This document shows, piece by piece, positions 12,305-26,505 of a stretch of 64,000 bases of DNA. Position numbers and translations under genes: made by a program. Position 1 is the stretch's first letter. The number at the start of each line of letters is the position of its first letter. The DNA is from Malacoraja senta (lineage: Eukaryota), in the NCBI GenBank assembly GCA_038087875.1, contig CM075988.1, positions 9,240,001-9,304,000 on the forward strand, in the 5' to 3' direction. The notes under the pieces are model-generated. The model saw nothing but the letters and a program-made list of their open reading frames with translations, was not told the origin of the DNA and searched no databases.

Positions 12305-12616
12305 TTATTTCAGTGTAGTTTAGAGATTCAGCGTGGAAACAGGCCCTTTGGCCCACCAAGTCCATGCTGACAAGCGATCCCACTAACACTATCCTACACA
12401 CACTAAGGACAATTTAACTTTTTTACTGAAGCTGATTAACCTACAAACCTGTGCATCTTTGGAGTGTGGGAGGAAATTGGAGCACCCGGAGAAAACCCAT
12501 GCAAGTCACTGGGAGAATGTACAAACTCCGTACAGACAGCAGCCTCGGTCAGGATCGAACCCGGGTCTCTGGCGCTGTAAGGAAGCAACTGTATGGCTGC
12601 GCCACCATGCCGCCCC
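12305..12616 (-). mobile_element. V-SINE (HE1-like)
   Basis: Reverse complement of the SINE pattern seen at 9179. Confidence 0.9.
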
Positions 12617-13109
12617 AAGTCTTATGCCACAGTGTTGTAGCCTGCTTCTGATTTCTGGTCCTGCTGTGGAACAGAGTGGAGACATATAGAAATGTAGGAG
12701 ACAGTGACACTAAATGCAGGCTACAAAGGCACTTACATGCAATTGCACATAGAGCCAAGAGCATTGACGTGGCACTATAAATAGGACTTGTTATCATTAA
12801 CACTGTGCAACATATGGGTACCTGATAGCATTTTATCAAAATGAATGGGTGCCAAAAGCATCAAAGGCTAAAGCAAAGACCTCATAAAGGTATATGCTGA
12901 ATATGAATGATTTACATCAAAAAAGTACATTCTGAGGTTGACCTGAATAACCAGGAAAATAAGTGGCATTTGACACTTTGCCACACAAATGTCCAAAACG
13001 GAATTGAACCACCTTTCTTTGAATTTAAATGGAGTTTTATCACTGAACCCCCCTTTGACATCACCTTCAGTGTTATTAGTAATTTGATATAAAACTGAAC
13101 AAAATGACA

Positions 13110-13865
13110 GAAGTCACAAAATGTTGGAGTAACATAACGGGACAGGCAGCATCTCTGGAGAGAAGGAACGGGTGACATTTTGGGTCGAGACCCTTCTTCA
13201 GACAGAGTCAGGGGAGAGGAAGAAAGAGAGATATGGAAGGGTAAGGTGGAAAACACAGATCAAAGGGGACGATGGTCAAGGAAATGTGAAATGGTACATT
13301 GTTAGCTGAGGTGAGGGTGACCACGCGGCATACAATCAGTATTATTTAATACGATACGATGGCACTTTATTGTCAGACCAAGGTTTGAAATTTGTTTTTG
13401 CAAACAGCCATACAATAAAATAAAGAACACAACACGCAATAGAGTCCAACATAAAACATTCCCACACAGCAGAATCAAAATGTTTCCCACTGTGAGGGAA
13501 GGCACCAAAGTCAGTCATCTTCCTCGATGTTCCTGATGTTCACCCGTGGTCGGGGTCTGCTGTCGCTGCTAATCAGGAGGACAGTGGAACTAATCGTAGA
13601 ACAAGGATGGGGAGGAACAGAGGGAGGGAGAGCAAGGGTTACTTAAAGTTAGGGAAATCAATCATCAAATTGTTGTGTTGTAAACTGCCCAAGCGAAATA
13701 TGAGGTGTTGTTCTTCCAATTTGTGTTGGGCCTCACAATGATAGTAGAAGAGACCCAGGACAGAAAGGTCAGTATGGGAATGGGTGGGGGAGTTAAAGTG
13801 TTTAGCAACCGGGAGATCACGAGGCCTAGACAGACTGAGCGGAGGTGTTCAGCGAAACAATAGTT
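13110..13865 (-). mobile_element. Penelope-like element 3' fragment (end of GIY-YIG region plus hammerhead terminus)
   Basis: Minus strand encodes KLEEQHLIFRLGSLQ; hammerhead module at ~13171-13204; interrupted at 13351-13569. Confidence 0.8.
13351..13569 (-). mobile_element. 5'-truncated member of the GC-rich retroposon family (copy D)
   Basis: taat on both flanks (13347-13350, 13570-13573); tail gacaataaa..(atcgt)n; hairpin 13459-13500 followed by ggca. Confidence 0.65.
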
Positions 13866-13974
13866 CAGAGGCAGAGTAATCTGTGTTTAATGGCTCACCT
13901 TCTGATTTCTAAAGATTTTTCCATATCTGTAAGAATACAAGTCAAAACTGTGAAATAATTCTCTCTGCTGGTGT

Positions 13975-14170
13975 AGTTTAGTTTAGTTTAGTTTAGAGAT
14001 ACAGCGTGGAAACAGGGCTCTTGAGCCTACCGAGTCTGTGTGGACCAGTGACACTAGCTACATACTAGGGACAATTTACAATTTGTACCAAGCCAATTAA
14101 CCTACAAACCTGGACATCTTTGGTGAGTGAGAGGAAAATGGAGCACCTGGGGAAAACCCATGTGGTCACA
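13975..14170 (-). mobile_element. Partial V-SINE
   Basis: SINE tail and central domain in reverse orientation. Confidence 0.8.
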
Positions 14171-14695
14171 GGTGGAGGGACAGGTAGTGTCGAGGAAGCA
14201 GGGAGTCTGCAGAAGGACTTGAACAGGTTGGGAGAGTGGGCAAAGAAGTAACAGATGGAACACAGTGTTACAAATTGTGCGGTCATGCCCTTTGGTAGTA
14301 GGAATAAAGGTTGGAGGTGCAAAGGGACTTGGTAGTGCTGGTGTAGGATTCCCAAAAGGTTCATTTGATAGTTGAATTGGTAGTAAGGTAGCCAAATGCA
14401 ATATTAGCATTTATTTCGAGAGGACGAGAATATTAAAAAAAACAGTGATGTAAGGCACTGGTCAGACCACATTTGGAGTATTGTGAGCAGTTTTGGACCC
14501 CATAACTGAGGAGGGATGTGCTGGCATCAGAGAGGGTCTGGAGGAGGTTTACTAGAATGATCCCGGTACATGGATAGGAAAGGTTTCGAGGAATATGGGT
14601 CGAATGCAGGCAGGTAGGACTAGTGTAGATGGGGCATCTTGCTTGACATAGACCAGTTGGGCCAATGAGCCTATTTCGGTGCTGTATGACTGTGA
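14171..14695 (+). mobile_element. Degenerate CR1 ORF2 C-terminal fragment plus tail
   Basis: LQKDLNRLGEWAK and VRPHLEYCEQFW remnants. Confidence 0.85.
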
Positions 14696-15533
14696 TTATT
14701 AGAATTCCTGGGATGGAGATAAGGATTCCGTGATGATATATCAGGGATTTGGCAGCAAGGAATTTCTCACATTCTCCATATTTCTCTCACTCAACCCAGA
14801 AGTTGTGAAGCATTGAAAAACACAAGTCACATGTTTGTATGAAACAGTGCTGAACAGATTCTTAAACCCACCATGTCCATGTTGACCATTGTAATTAACA
14901 ATGTTGGTCCTACATTTGACTCATAGCCTAAATTATGTGATATTCTCTTCCATCCAATAGGTGTCCATGGAAGCCTGATGCTGTGGTTAACTGTACTCCC
15001 ATACCATGCATATATCCTGATTAAGAAATTAACTTCACATTCTAAATAAAACACAAAGTACCAGAGTAACTCAATGGCTCAGACAGCATCTCTGGATGAC
15101 ACAGATAGGCAATGTGTTGAACTTGGACCCTTATGCAGATTGAAGAAGGATTCTGATCCTAAACAATGCCTATGTTGTCTTCCACAGAAGTGGCCTGACC
15201 CACTGAGTTACTTTTGTTTTTTAGAAGGAACTGCAGATGCTGGAACAATCGAAAGTAGACAAAAATGCTGGAGAAACTCAGCGGGTGAGGCAGCATCTAT
15301 GGAGCGAAGGAATGGGTGACGTTTTTGGTCGAGACCCTTCTTCAATCTATCACTGAGTTACATTGGCACTTTGTGTTTTACTCAAGATTCCAGCATCTTG
15401 TGTCATGTGTCTTCAAAATCTTAATAATGTTTTTGAATGGTGTCCTGTCATTATGATTTCCCCACTCTCCTTAAGGATCCGCATAGTTTAGAATTACTCG
15501 CAAATTTTCTTTTCTCATTAAGCAGCTCACGAA

Positions 15534-15838
15534 GGGCGGCACAGTGGCGCGGCTGGTAGACTTGCTGCCTTACAGTGCCAGAGACCCGGGTTCGATCCTG
15601 ACCTTGGGTGCTGTCTGTGTGGAATTTGCACATTCACCCTGTGACGGGATTTCCTCCCACATCACAAAAATGTGCGGGTTAATCAGCCTCAGTTAATGGC
15701 CTCTAATATGTAGGAAGAGGATGAGAAACCTAGAGGATGATAACATAGAACTAATGTGAACAGGTGATCGATGGGCAACTTGGAGTAAGCGGGCTGAAGG
15801 GCCTGTTTGCACACTGTATCTTTACATTCAACTAAAAA
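15534..15838 (+). mobile_element. V-SINE (HE1-like)
   Basis: gggcggcacagtggcgc...gggttcgatcc head and CR1-like tail. Confidence 0.9.
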
Positions 15839-16371
15839 AAACCTGTGGTATCTCATGAGAGCTGGGAAAACTCAGGGCTCTCAACCAAATTGAAGGCTTC
15901 AAGCGTAATTGAATAGTGGGCTGCTATTTAGGGAATCATTACTCACTGCTGTATGCTTCAGCTCCAGGCAATATTTGCACTGTACATATAAACATGAAAC
16001 CCAAATGTAACAAAATAGACCAGAGGAGTTAACACAATTGTGAGCTGAAAGCTGCATATTGGTTGCAAGGAATAAACAATATTTAGTGCACAAGTGAGGC
16101 CAGTTATCCTGTATTTTTTTTTAAATAATGGACTAGACAGAGGGAGTCAATGATTTAGAAAAAGCAAACATGTGCCTTGAATATTTTTCCCACCTCTTGA
16201 ATCAGAAGCTGCAGGTTTCAAACATGTCCAGGCTCTCCAGCAAGGAAAGAATAGCACTTTGACCCTTAAATCTTTGTCCACATCCACGTGTCTGGGTGTG
16301 GGTGTTGTGTCAGTCACCATTTCAAACCCCCTCCCACAGCACAGCCATATTTTGAAGCATGGATAGTGTGG

Positions 16372-16652
16372 TTTATTTTAGAGATACAGCGCGGAAACAA
16401 GCTCTTTGGCTCACCGATACCGCACCGGCCAGCGACCCCCACACATCATCACTTATCACATTACATTTTATACCAAGCCAAGTATCCTGCAATCCTGTAC
16501 GTCTTTGGAGTGTAGGAGGAAACCGAAGATCTTGGAGAAAACCCACGCAGGTCACGGGTGCAAACTCCGTGCAGACAGCACCCACAGTCAGGATAAAAGC
16601 TGGATCACTGGCGCTGTAAGGCAGCAACATTACCGCTGCGCCACCGTGCCGC
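16372..16652 (-). mobile_element. V-SINE (HE1-like)
   Basis: Reverse complement of the SINE pattern. Confidence 0.9.
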
Positions 16653-16944
16653 TCAAGGAGGGAATGTTCATGTTGCTGCAGTGTTGCTGAATACCTACTG
16701 AACCCATTCACTGTTGTGCAATAGTCTCCATCATAAAGCATGGGGATAGAGACAACTTCTCTGGAACAACAACAATCGCGAGGAAACCTAACTCTCTGCC
16801 TCCCTCTTGTCGGGTCAGATAGAATGAAGGCTTGTGCCCAGCGTATTGTTGATTTTTGGTTATGCACAAGTCTTCCTTGCTTCAGAAAGATTGTCCTATG
16901 ATTCTCCCAAGTCACTCCTTTAGTTAGTTGAGTTGAGTAGGGGT

Positions 16945-17160
16945 TGGAGCGTGGGGGTGGAGGGGAGGCTGGTTTGCGTGATGGTCAGCAATGCATTCAC
17001 AACTCGCTGCAATTTTTGACAGTCTTGGGTGGAGCAGTTGCCAAACTAAGTCGTAATGCATCCAGACGGGATGCTTTCTCCAGTGCCTCTGCAGAGGTTG
17101 ATAAGAGTCATTGGAGATATATTGCCTACTGAGGAAGTAGAGGCATATGTGTGCATTCTT
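16945..17160 (-). mobile_element. Rex1/Babar-like LINE remnant
   Basis: TLINLCRGTGESIPSGCITT.FGNCSTQDCQKLQRVV resembles the Rex1 RT C-terminal motif. Confidence 0.7.
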
Positions 17161-18166
17161 GTTTGTAGTTCTGTGGAAACTGTGCAGTATGACAAAGGGT
17201 AAGATAGCTGTACAGCACAATGACCCTTAAGCATCCATTGAAGCCCCCCACAATGGTCCTGGTAGGTATTCCTTGATGCATCACTACAAGGTTCTTGATG
17301 GTCATCCTTAGTGAAAATAAAATAAACGGTTAAATAGCATGTAGCTTTACTTGCATTAGTGTTATTGCATTTGTATTAGTGGTTGGAGAACATATTGTTA
17401 TTGATGATAAGAAATTAGAAAGTGCGCACAATTTCACGGGTCAGAATTTGTGTAAAGATTTGACCGTTGCGAGTGGAATTTCAGAGTAGCACGGTAACTG
17501 GGACTGTGCTGCCCCCCCTGTGCACAAGTAAATAAACACAGATTCACCATCCTCTGACTAAAGATATTACTTCTCATTTTCTTCCTAAAGGAACGTCCTT
17601 TAATTCTGAGGCTATGACCTCGACCTCTAGTGGGACAGGCTTGAGGGGCTGTGGCCTTACCCTGCTCCTATTTTCTGATGAGTTCAAATCCCACTTCGCT
17701 GCAGGAGAATTTAAATTCATATGATTAATTAAATTTACAGAGCCAAATAAAATCTTTCTTGTTTATAGTAAACCGCCTTCCACTCTTTGAATCATTATAA
17801 GTCCCATAGGGAAACAAACCTGCCTAACCTACATTCAACAGCAGACTCACCAACATTAACTGCCTTCTGAGTTCAGGGGCAGTAAAGTTGTAGACCATAA
17901 ATGCCAGAGATATCCCTATCCTGGGAGAGAAGGAATAGAAAATGTTAGAGTAGTGTAATTTAATGAAGTACTGGGAACAACTGCATAAATAACACTGACT
18001 AACTATTTCTGGCTGTAAAGCAATCTGAGAGGCGCAATGTAAATCCTAGCTATTTATTTTCCTTTTTGAATTTTTATTAACCAGCAGCAGCACTCTCAAG
18101 ATTCAGACCTGAGGATCCAGACCCATTTGCGAAACCACTGTATCTCATGTGGATTGATACCTCACA

Positions 18167-18489
18167 GGTGGCACGGTGGCGCAGCGATAAAGCTACTGCC
18201 TTGCAGCGTCAGACACCCGGTTTCAATCCCGACTACGGGTGCTGTCTGTAAGGAGTTTGTACGTTCTCCCCGTGACCGCGTGGGTTCTCTCCGAGATCTT
18301 CGGTTACCTCCCACGCGCCAAAGATGAACAGGTTTGCAGGTTAATTGGCTTGGTAAAATTGTATAAACATAAAATTGTCCCTAGTGTGTGTGGGATAGTG
18401 TTAATGTGCGGGGATCGCTGGTCGGTGCCGACTCAGTGGGCTGAAGGGCCTGTTTCCATGCTGCATCTCTAAACTAAAACTAAACTAAA
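18167..18489 (+). mobile_element. V-SINE (HE1-like)
   Basis: Full SINE pattern with (taaac)n tail. Confidence 0.9.
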
Positions 18490-18504
18490 GGTACACTGTA
18501 CCAG

Positions 18505-18765
18505 TTTAGTTTTAGTTTAGAGATACAATGTGTAAACAGGCCCTTCTGCCCACCGACTCAGTGCCTACCTGTGACCATCAGTTGTATCCTACACACTAGG
18601 GGACAATTTACAAAAGGCAATTAAACTACAAACCCGCACGTCTTTGGGATGTGAGAAGAAACCGTAGCATCCACAGGAAGAACGTGCAAACTCCGTACAG
18701 ACAGCTCCCATAGTCAGGATCTAACCCAGATCTCTGGCTCTGTGAGGCAGCAACTCTACATCTGC
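18505..18765 (-). mobile_element. V-SINE, tail-to-tail with the preceding copy
   Basis: Reverse complement of the SINE pattern. Confidence 0.85.
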
Positions 18766-18909
18766 AAGATGAAATGTTAAACTAGACTCCGTCTGCTCTG
18801 ATAGGTGGAAGTTAAGGCTCCAACAACGCTTGAAGTACTTTCGATTTTGTGCTCCATTGTCCTTCACCATGTCTGCTTGTCTCAATCCTTTTGTCAGACT
18901 AGCTATTAT

Positions 18910-19245
18910 AGAGTCATAGAGTCTTAGAGTCTTACAGCGTGGAAACAGGCCCTTCGGCCCAACTTGTCCACACCGGCCAAAATGTCCCATCTACACTAGT
19001 CCCACATGCTTGTGCTTGGCCCACATCCCTCTATCTATACTATCCATGTACCTGTGTAAATGTTTCTTAACTGTTACGATAGTACCTGCCTCAACTACAT
19101 CCTCCGGCACCTCATTCCATACACCTACCACCCTATCTGTGAAAAAGTCACCCCTCAGATTCCTATTAAATCTTTCCCCCCTCACCTTAAACCCATGTCC
19201 TCTGGTTCTTGATTCCCCTACTCTGGGCAAGAGACTCTGTACGTC
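18910..19245 (-). mobile_element. CR1 3' fragment
   Basis: LPRVGESRTRGHGFKVRG...FFTDRVVGVWNEVPEDVVEAG plus tail. Confidence 0.9.
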
Positions 19246-19653
19246 TATATTCATAAGCATATACATCCACATTTCACCAGTGACAGCACTTCCAAATTAA
19301 TTAGTTTGCTATAAAATATTTTGGGACATCCTGAGGTCATGAAAGGTGCAAGTATTTACTTCTCTCACTTTTAAAACATCTCCACAAGAAATTTCCCCCG
19401 CATAATATTGCAATCACTCAAAATAGTAATGGTCAAGAGCACAAAACACATGCTAACAAATTGCAGCCTATTATTCACTCAGCCCAATCTTTTTTTCATG
19501 ACATGTAAATTGAGCGACTGATTCTTGTCACTTATTATATACTACTTACCAATAATTTATTTGAATTTGAATGATTTATTGGGGATCAGTGTCTGTAGTG
19601 CATTAAACAGCAGCAAGGATAATACATTTGCTCCAGTTCACAAACGTTGAAGC

Positions 19654-19961
19654 TTAGTTTAGAGAGACTAACATGGAAACAGTTCCAACTGCCCATGAAG
19701 TCCACACTGACCATCGATCACCCATTCACACAAGTTATTTGTTATTCTACCTGCGTATCCATATTTGGTGTGATTTTTCAGAGGCCAATTAACCTACAAA
19801 CCTGCATGTCTCTGGAATGTGGGGGGAAACTGGAGCACCCGGAAGAAACCCACACGGTCACAGGGAGAATGTGTGAACTCCACATAGACAGCACCCGAGG
19901 TCAGGATTGAACCTGGGTCTCTGGCGCTGTCAGGCAACAGCTCTACCAGATGCGCCACTGT
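19654..19961 (-). mobile_element. V-SINE (HE1-like)
   Basis: Reverse complement of the SINE pattern. Confidence 0.85.
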
Positions 19962-20267
19962 TCAGACCATTTCTGAAATGTTACTCTATGATCTTCAATG
20001 GAAGCAGCGTGCAATGGGCAGATTCTGCTGCATCGTCTGCTCCAGTACCAAGTTCTGGTGCTTGCTTCTGGACATACGGTGATAGAAATGACTTCATGTG
20101 AATGCAATAGTCAACTCACTAATGAAATGAGCAGCAATCTGCTACAATCTCAGTAACAACAAGAAGAATCTCAAGAAGATTGGTGCAGATGATTTGAACC
20201 AATGCATGGTTTCATATTACCTTGCTCGTACATCACTAAAGCTCCTCAATTTTATACTTTAGAGTTA

Positions 20268-20482
20268 AGACTTTAGCGATACAGCTGGGAAACAGGTCCT
20301 TCGGCCAACCGAGTACGCGCCAACCAGCGATCACCTCACACACAAGCACAATCCTACAGACTAGGGAAGCCAATTAATCTACAAACCTGCTTGTCTTCGG
20401 AATGTGGGAGGATACCGAAGCACCCGGAGAAATCCCATACGGTCATGGAGAGAACATACAAACTCCTTACGGACAGCATCCG
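20268..20482 (-). mobile_element. Partial V-SINE
   Basis: SINE tail and central domain in reverse orientation. Confidence 0.8.
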
Positions 20483-22764
20483 TTGCTCACTGTGGACCCA
20501 TATACAATGACACTTGTCCAAGCAGCCATTCTTCATATAGGCTGAAGAAGTGTCAATCTAAATGTCCAGAAGCATGGTATTTGACACCAAGGATGTTCCC
20601 ATTCACTTAATTGATCAAAGATATTAAATCTTGTGTAAAGAACCCCCTCCCTATTCCTCGACCACAAGGGGAAAATGAAAAAAGCTTTCAATTCAAATTA
20701 GTTACAATGAAGATATGGTCTGAAGAAGGGCCTCGAGCCAAAACGTCAGCCATTACTACTGTCCAGAGATGCTGCTTGTCCCACTAAGTTACTCCAGCCT
20801 TTTGTGCCTATCGTTAGTTACCATGAACATAGCTGCGTAATTAGACACAAAGTTCTAGAGTAACTCAATGGTCAGGCAGCATCATGGTTAACATGGATAA
20901 GCGGTTAGGACTCTTCTTCAGACTGATTGCAATAGGGGGGAGAAAGCTGGAAAAGAGATGGGGGCAGGACAAAACCTGGCAAGTGATAGGTGGATTCAGG
21001 TGAGAAGGGCGACTGGAAAATTAACGGGATCATCCTGATTCGTGCGGTTTAGTTACATGCCGAGTCGAATCTTTACTCGTAAAGGTTCTGAGATGTGTGT
21101 TTCATCCTTTTGGCATTAACTTGATGGAAAGCACCAGTTGAAATGCATTAATGAATCACAAGTCGAGAGTGTTTTATTGTCATATGTCCCGAAATAGCAA
21201 AATGAAAAGCTTATATGCAGCAGCAGCCTAACAGATTTGTAAAGAAGGTGTGAAATAGATAATATAATAAACAAGCAACAAAAAGTAGAAACAAAGAACT
21301 GCAGATGCAAAAAAAAAAGTGGAACCAATGATAGACACAAAGTGCTGGCATCACTCGACTGGTCAGCTGGCATCTCTGAAGAAAAAGGATGGGTGACATT
21401 TCGTGTCGAGACCCTTCTTCAGGCGGGTTCTGACCCAAAATGTCACACATCCTTTTTCTCAAGAGATGCTGTCTGACCTACTGAGTTATGCCAACACTTT
21501 GTGTTTAAACAAAAAAAGTTCAATTGATAAAAAATCCCAATATAGTGCAAAAGCAAACAAAGAAGGGTTTTGACCTGAAACGTCACACATTCCTTTTCTC
21601 CAGAGATGCTGCCTGACCCACTGAGTTACTCCAGCAATTTGTGTCTATCTTCGGTGTAAACCAACATTTGCAGTTCCTTCCTCTACAAAGTCTAAAGTTC
21701 TTCATGTGACCCAGGTACTTTGTGGTTCAGAGTTTAGTTGGAGTTAATTGTGTTCAATAGCCTGATGGTTGTTGGGGAGATGCTGTGGATGGAATAGCTG
21801 CTCAATAAATCTGCCAAATATTTTTACATATAAACCAAGTAATTGCTCGTTCAGATAAGTTTATTTCATCTATATATTGTTCATGGCATCTCCTTTATCA
21901 ATAATACATAAGTGCGATGCTTTCAACGAGATGCAGAGAGTATAATGGACAGTTACTGCAGCAGAAGCCTGAATGTACATTTTGAATTACTTCAACCTTG
22001 GAATACTTGTGAGGGTTGGACTGACAGAAGCTGCTGTAGCATGGAAAGATCAAGTCCTATTTATTTAATGCAAGCAGTGTGCATTCCGCAAGGGGCAGAC
22101 AATTGGTCATGAACAACTTGGTCCCCATGACAGAGCTATTAACAAGATGCATGAAGTTTGCATTCAAATCTCTGAAAAATTAATGGGCAATTAATCATGC
22201 CTTAGGTTATGCCTTTATGAATACCGACCAGTGGCTTTGAGAGGCTGGTCATGGAACACATTCAATCCAGCCTACCATGCAACCTTGAACCTCTGCAGTT
22301 CACCTCGATGCACTGCAGCAAAGAATAAAACACCAAACTTACATTTTATAACTTGCATTTCTTGACACATGCGCAGAGATTGTTCTCGTGATGTAAAATC
22401 AGGATATTGATCGTATTCAAGGAACACAATCCCTCCATAATGTGGGGTTTGCCTTCATAAACACAAAAATATCAGTGTACTGCATTAAATATAATGCTGA
22501 AAATCCCCAATGCTATCGTAAGTATGATGAGAATAACATGGAGCATCTTTTCCCTTCGGACGCAAATTGCACATCAAGTAGTCCTTCACAGTTCCTCTGG
22601 GGGAGGGTTTGCAGAGTGCACAGACACACTGTGCACAGAGATGGAAATTGTAGTGTGTCTTATTTAAATGTATTTAAATTGACTTAAATATTAAATGTAA
22701 GTGCTCATGCATATCAAAAGGAGTTGGAAAGCTTCATGTTCTCTGAAAGATTCCTTGCTCTTTC

Positions 22765-23790
22765 CAGTCAGATGGAAAATGTCCTCATTCTTTTGGGAAC
22801 GGGGGTTCCCCTCTTCCATCATAGATGAGGCCCTCGCACGTGTCTTCTCGGTACCCCACAGTTCCGCCCCTGCTCCCCCTCCCCCTAGTGGCAACAGGGA
22901 CATACCCTTACCTTTCACTCCATCAGCCGTTGCATACAACACATAATCCTCTGACATTTTCGCCACCTAACAACGGAATCCCACCACTAGTCACATCTTC
23001 CCATCTTCACCCCTTTCCGCCATCTGCAGTGACTGTTCTGTTCACAACTCCCTGGTTAACTCATCCCTTCCCACCCCAACTACTTCCTCCCCAGGTCCAT
23101 TCTTCTGCAACCGCAGAGGATGCAACACCTGCCCCTATACCTCCTTCCTCAATTCTGTCCAGGGATCCCGACAGTCCTTTCAGGTTAGGCAAAGGTTCAC
23201 TTGCACCTCTTCGAACCTCATCTACTGTAACCATTGTTCTAGATGTGGGCTCCTAAATATCAGCAAGACCAAAAAGTAGACTGGCCGATCGTTTCGCTGA
23301 ACACCTTTGCTTAGTCCACCTGGACCTGCCTGATCTGATTGCTGAACACATTAATTCCCCTACCCATTCCCACACTTACCTTTCTCTCCTAGGCCTCTTC
23401 CGTTGTCAGAGTGAGGTCAAATACAAATTAGAGGAACAGCGTTTCATATTTCGCTTGGGCAGCTTATAACCCAGGGGTATGAGAAGTGATTTCTCTAACT
23501 TCAAGTAACCCCTGCAGTCCCTCTCTCTCCATCCCTCGCCCACCTAAGTCACACCAGCTTTTTGTTCTCGCCTAGCAAACAACCACCAATGGTCTGTTTC
23601 CTTTATCACTGTTACTTTTTTGCATATATTTCATTCATTTATTCTATATCTTGTTACATCATCGTCTATATCTCTCGTTTCCCTTTCCCTTTAGTCTGAA
23701 GAAGACGCGAAACATCACCCATTCCTTATCTCCAGAGATGCTGCCTGTCCCGCTGAGTTACTCCAGTGTTTTGTGATTATCTTCAGAGTT
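22765..23790 (+). mobile_element. Penelope-like element 3' part with decayed GIY-YIG endonuclease
   Basis: RGFPSSIIDEAL; CNRRGCNTCPY; FQVRQRFTCTSSNLIYC..CSRCGLLNISKTK; DRFAEH; KLEEQRFIFRLGSL; ends in a hammerhead-type terminus at ~23694. Confidence 0.9.
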
Positions 23791-24384
23791 GGAAAATATG
23801 TCAAAGAGATATGGGGAGAAAGCAGGAACGGGCTACTGATTTTGGATGACCAGCCATGATCATATTGAAGGGCTTGAATGGCCTAATCCTGCATCTATTG
23901 TCTATATTTCTATGTTTCTATGTAAAGCTCCAAATGATAACTTTTCAGCCAGAAGTTGCAGGCTAATTAGAGGAGTTGAATTGATCAAGGTTAGATGCAA
24001 TGGGAGCACAGCAAACAATTAATCTTCTCCTATTTGGTGCGGTGCAGATCACTTCCCATTATCACCGAGTTAAGCATTTCATTGTCATATGCACCGAAAA
24101 CAGAACAATTAACTCCTTATTTGCCGCTGCACAATACGCTTGTAACACAGTACTCATAGATAGGATAATAAGCAAAAAATACTATAAATTAAAGAAAAAA
24201 CAATATTATTGTGAAAATCCCAAAGTCTTGTAGTTTGTAGTTAATGGAGACATACAGCATGGAAACAAGCCCTTCAGCCCACTGAGCCTCCACTTAACCT
24301 CCCACTTACATGTATTCTACGTTAATCCCATGTTTTAATCTCCTGTTTTTCTATTTGTAATATCATCAAATTTCGTAAGTTCAT

Positions 24385-25530
24385 TTACACTAAAAGTGAT
24401 GGGTGCCTGGAATGCGCTGCCGGGGGTGGTGGTGCAGGCAGATATGATAGTGGTGTTTAATACAATACAATACAATACAATACCATTTATTGTCATTTGA
24501 ACCTCAAATGAGGTTCAAACGAAATTTGGTTTCTGCAGTCTTACAAACAAGTAAAAAGAACCAAGACACAACACAATTTACACAAACATCCATCACAGCG
24601 AATCTCCTCCTCGCTGTGATGGAAGGCAAAGTCTTATCTCTCCCCTGCACTCCCCATTCTCCTCCCGATGTCAGAGTCAGAGCCCCCGGCGGGCGATGGA
24701 AAATAAGTCCCGCGGCCATTAAAGCCGCGCCGGGCGATGCAAGGCCGCCCTCCGGGTCTGGATGTTGGAGCCCCCGGTAGCGCTAGCAAGTCCCGCGGCT
24801 ATTAAAGCCGCGCCGGGCGATGTTAGACCAAGCTCCAGGTCATCTTCAACCCCGCAACTCGGGCGGGAGAAGTTGCCGTTGCGGGAGCCCTGAAAAGCAG
24901 CTCCCACCAGGGACCGGCGAGCTCCCGATGTCACCGTCCACCAGACCTGTGGCTGGAGCCTCCGAATCTCCGGGGTCGGGTCACAGCCGTGCGTCACCGC
25001 AGCTCTCCACGCTCCGAACTCGGCCAGCTCCACGATGGTGAGTAGTCCGCAGGCTCCGCGACTGGAGCCCCAGGTCGTTCCGGTTGGAGGCCGCTCCACG
25101 GTGCTAGGCCCCAACGACAACGGAGACCCGACAGAGAAAGGTCGGGTCCTCCATACAGGGAAGAGATTTTTTTAAGTTTCCCCCTCGCCCCCCACACATA
25201 CACAGTTAAAAACAATATTAAAAAACACAAACAACTACATTTAACGACAAAAAATTTTTAAAAGACAGACGGACTGCAGTGGAGCCGCTGCCGTTAGGTG
25301 CCGCCACTTCCTTTCTACCACTGCACAATCACAATTGTTTAAGAAGCTTTTAGAGAGCCACATGGATATGCTGGGGCCAAAACACCCTCGGCCACTGCTA
25401 CACATCCATAAAAAGGGATATGGACCACATGCAGGCAGATAGGGTTAGTTTAACTTGGCATTATGTTCGGCACAAACATTGTGGGCCGAAGAGCCCTTTG
25501 CTGTACTTTTCTATGCTCTATGTTCTAAAC
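24385..25530 (+). mobile_element. CR1 3' fragment interrupted by copy B
   Basis: WNALPGVVVQA remnant; the sequence rejoins at tgtttaagaagctttt. Confidence 0.75.
24461..25335 (-). mobile_element. GC-rich non-coding retroposon with (tattg)n tail (copy B)
   Basis: 7-bp TSD tgtttaa (24454-24460, 25336-25342); clearly homologous to 62839-63709. Confidence 0.85.
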
Positions 25531-26259
25531 AGTGCTTGCACAACCTTTCACACTCAGTTGACTTCCAGATGTTTAAATTACAGATGTAAAGTATGTACAG
25601 GTGTGCCCACATCACATTCATCATTTCTTAGTCAATCATCATTTGTGCTGCAATCAGTGTATGATTACAAAGTGGGTAGAAGGAGGAAGTGAAACATAAC
25701 TGGCTTCTGAATGGGTAAGCTAATTTTCTGATGAATCTCAAAAACACACCAAATTTTCAATCCAAAATCTGTGGACGTGTGTTAATGGCTTTATAATTCT
25801 TAAGAAGCTTTTATCAGTTGGTAGGGACGATGCAGGAGCTCACCAGCATCAAACGCCTCACAATTAAGCTGGAATGCTGAAGATACCATGGATGTGTGTG
25901 TGTCCCTTCCTTTGATTCAACTTTGAGCAGTGAATTGTTCCTTAATTTAGCTCTCAAACTTGTATAGGAAGGAACTGCAGATGCTGGTTTATACTGAAGA
26001 TAGACACAAAATGCTGGAGTAACTCAGCGGATCAGGCAGCATCTCTGGAGAAAATGAATAGGTGGACATTTCGTGTTGGAACCCTTCTTCAGAATATGTC
26101 TATCTCTCAGCTGTCAGTAATCTCTCAATCTACAAGATTAATTTCTGAAATCCTACAACTTAATAATGCTAACATTACTAAGAAGGAGAAGAAAGCAATT
26201 GAAATGATGACACTTCTCTTTTCAACTACAGTAAAACTCCGACAATCCACAATCTGATG

Positions 26260-26505
26260 ATCTGAGGGGCAACTTTCAGATAGAGGGTGGTGTATATATA
26301 GAACGAGCTTGCAGAGAAAGTAGTTGAGGCAAGTACCCATAAAACATTTTAAAATATTTGGACCGGTACATTGTTAGGAAAGGTATAGAGGGATATGGGC
26401 AAAATGTGGGCAGGTGGGACTAGAGTAAATGGGTCATCTTGGTTGGCATGGGCAAGTTGGGTTAAAGTGGCCATTTCCATGGTGTATGACTATGACTTTA
26501 TGACT
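26260..26505 (+). mobile_element. CR1 3' fragment
   Basis: ELAEKVVEA remnant plus a tail ending in tatgact repeats. Confidence 0.8.

Noticed and set aside
21021..21119. ~95-bp CpG-richer segment bounded by ttaa, piggyBac-like
   Set aside because: No terminal inverted repeats; ttaa is common in this sequence.
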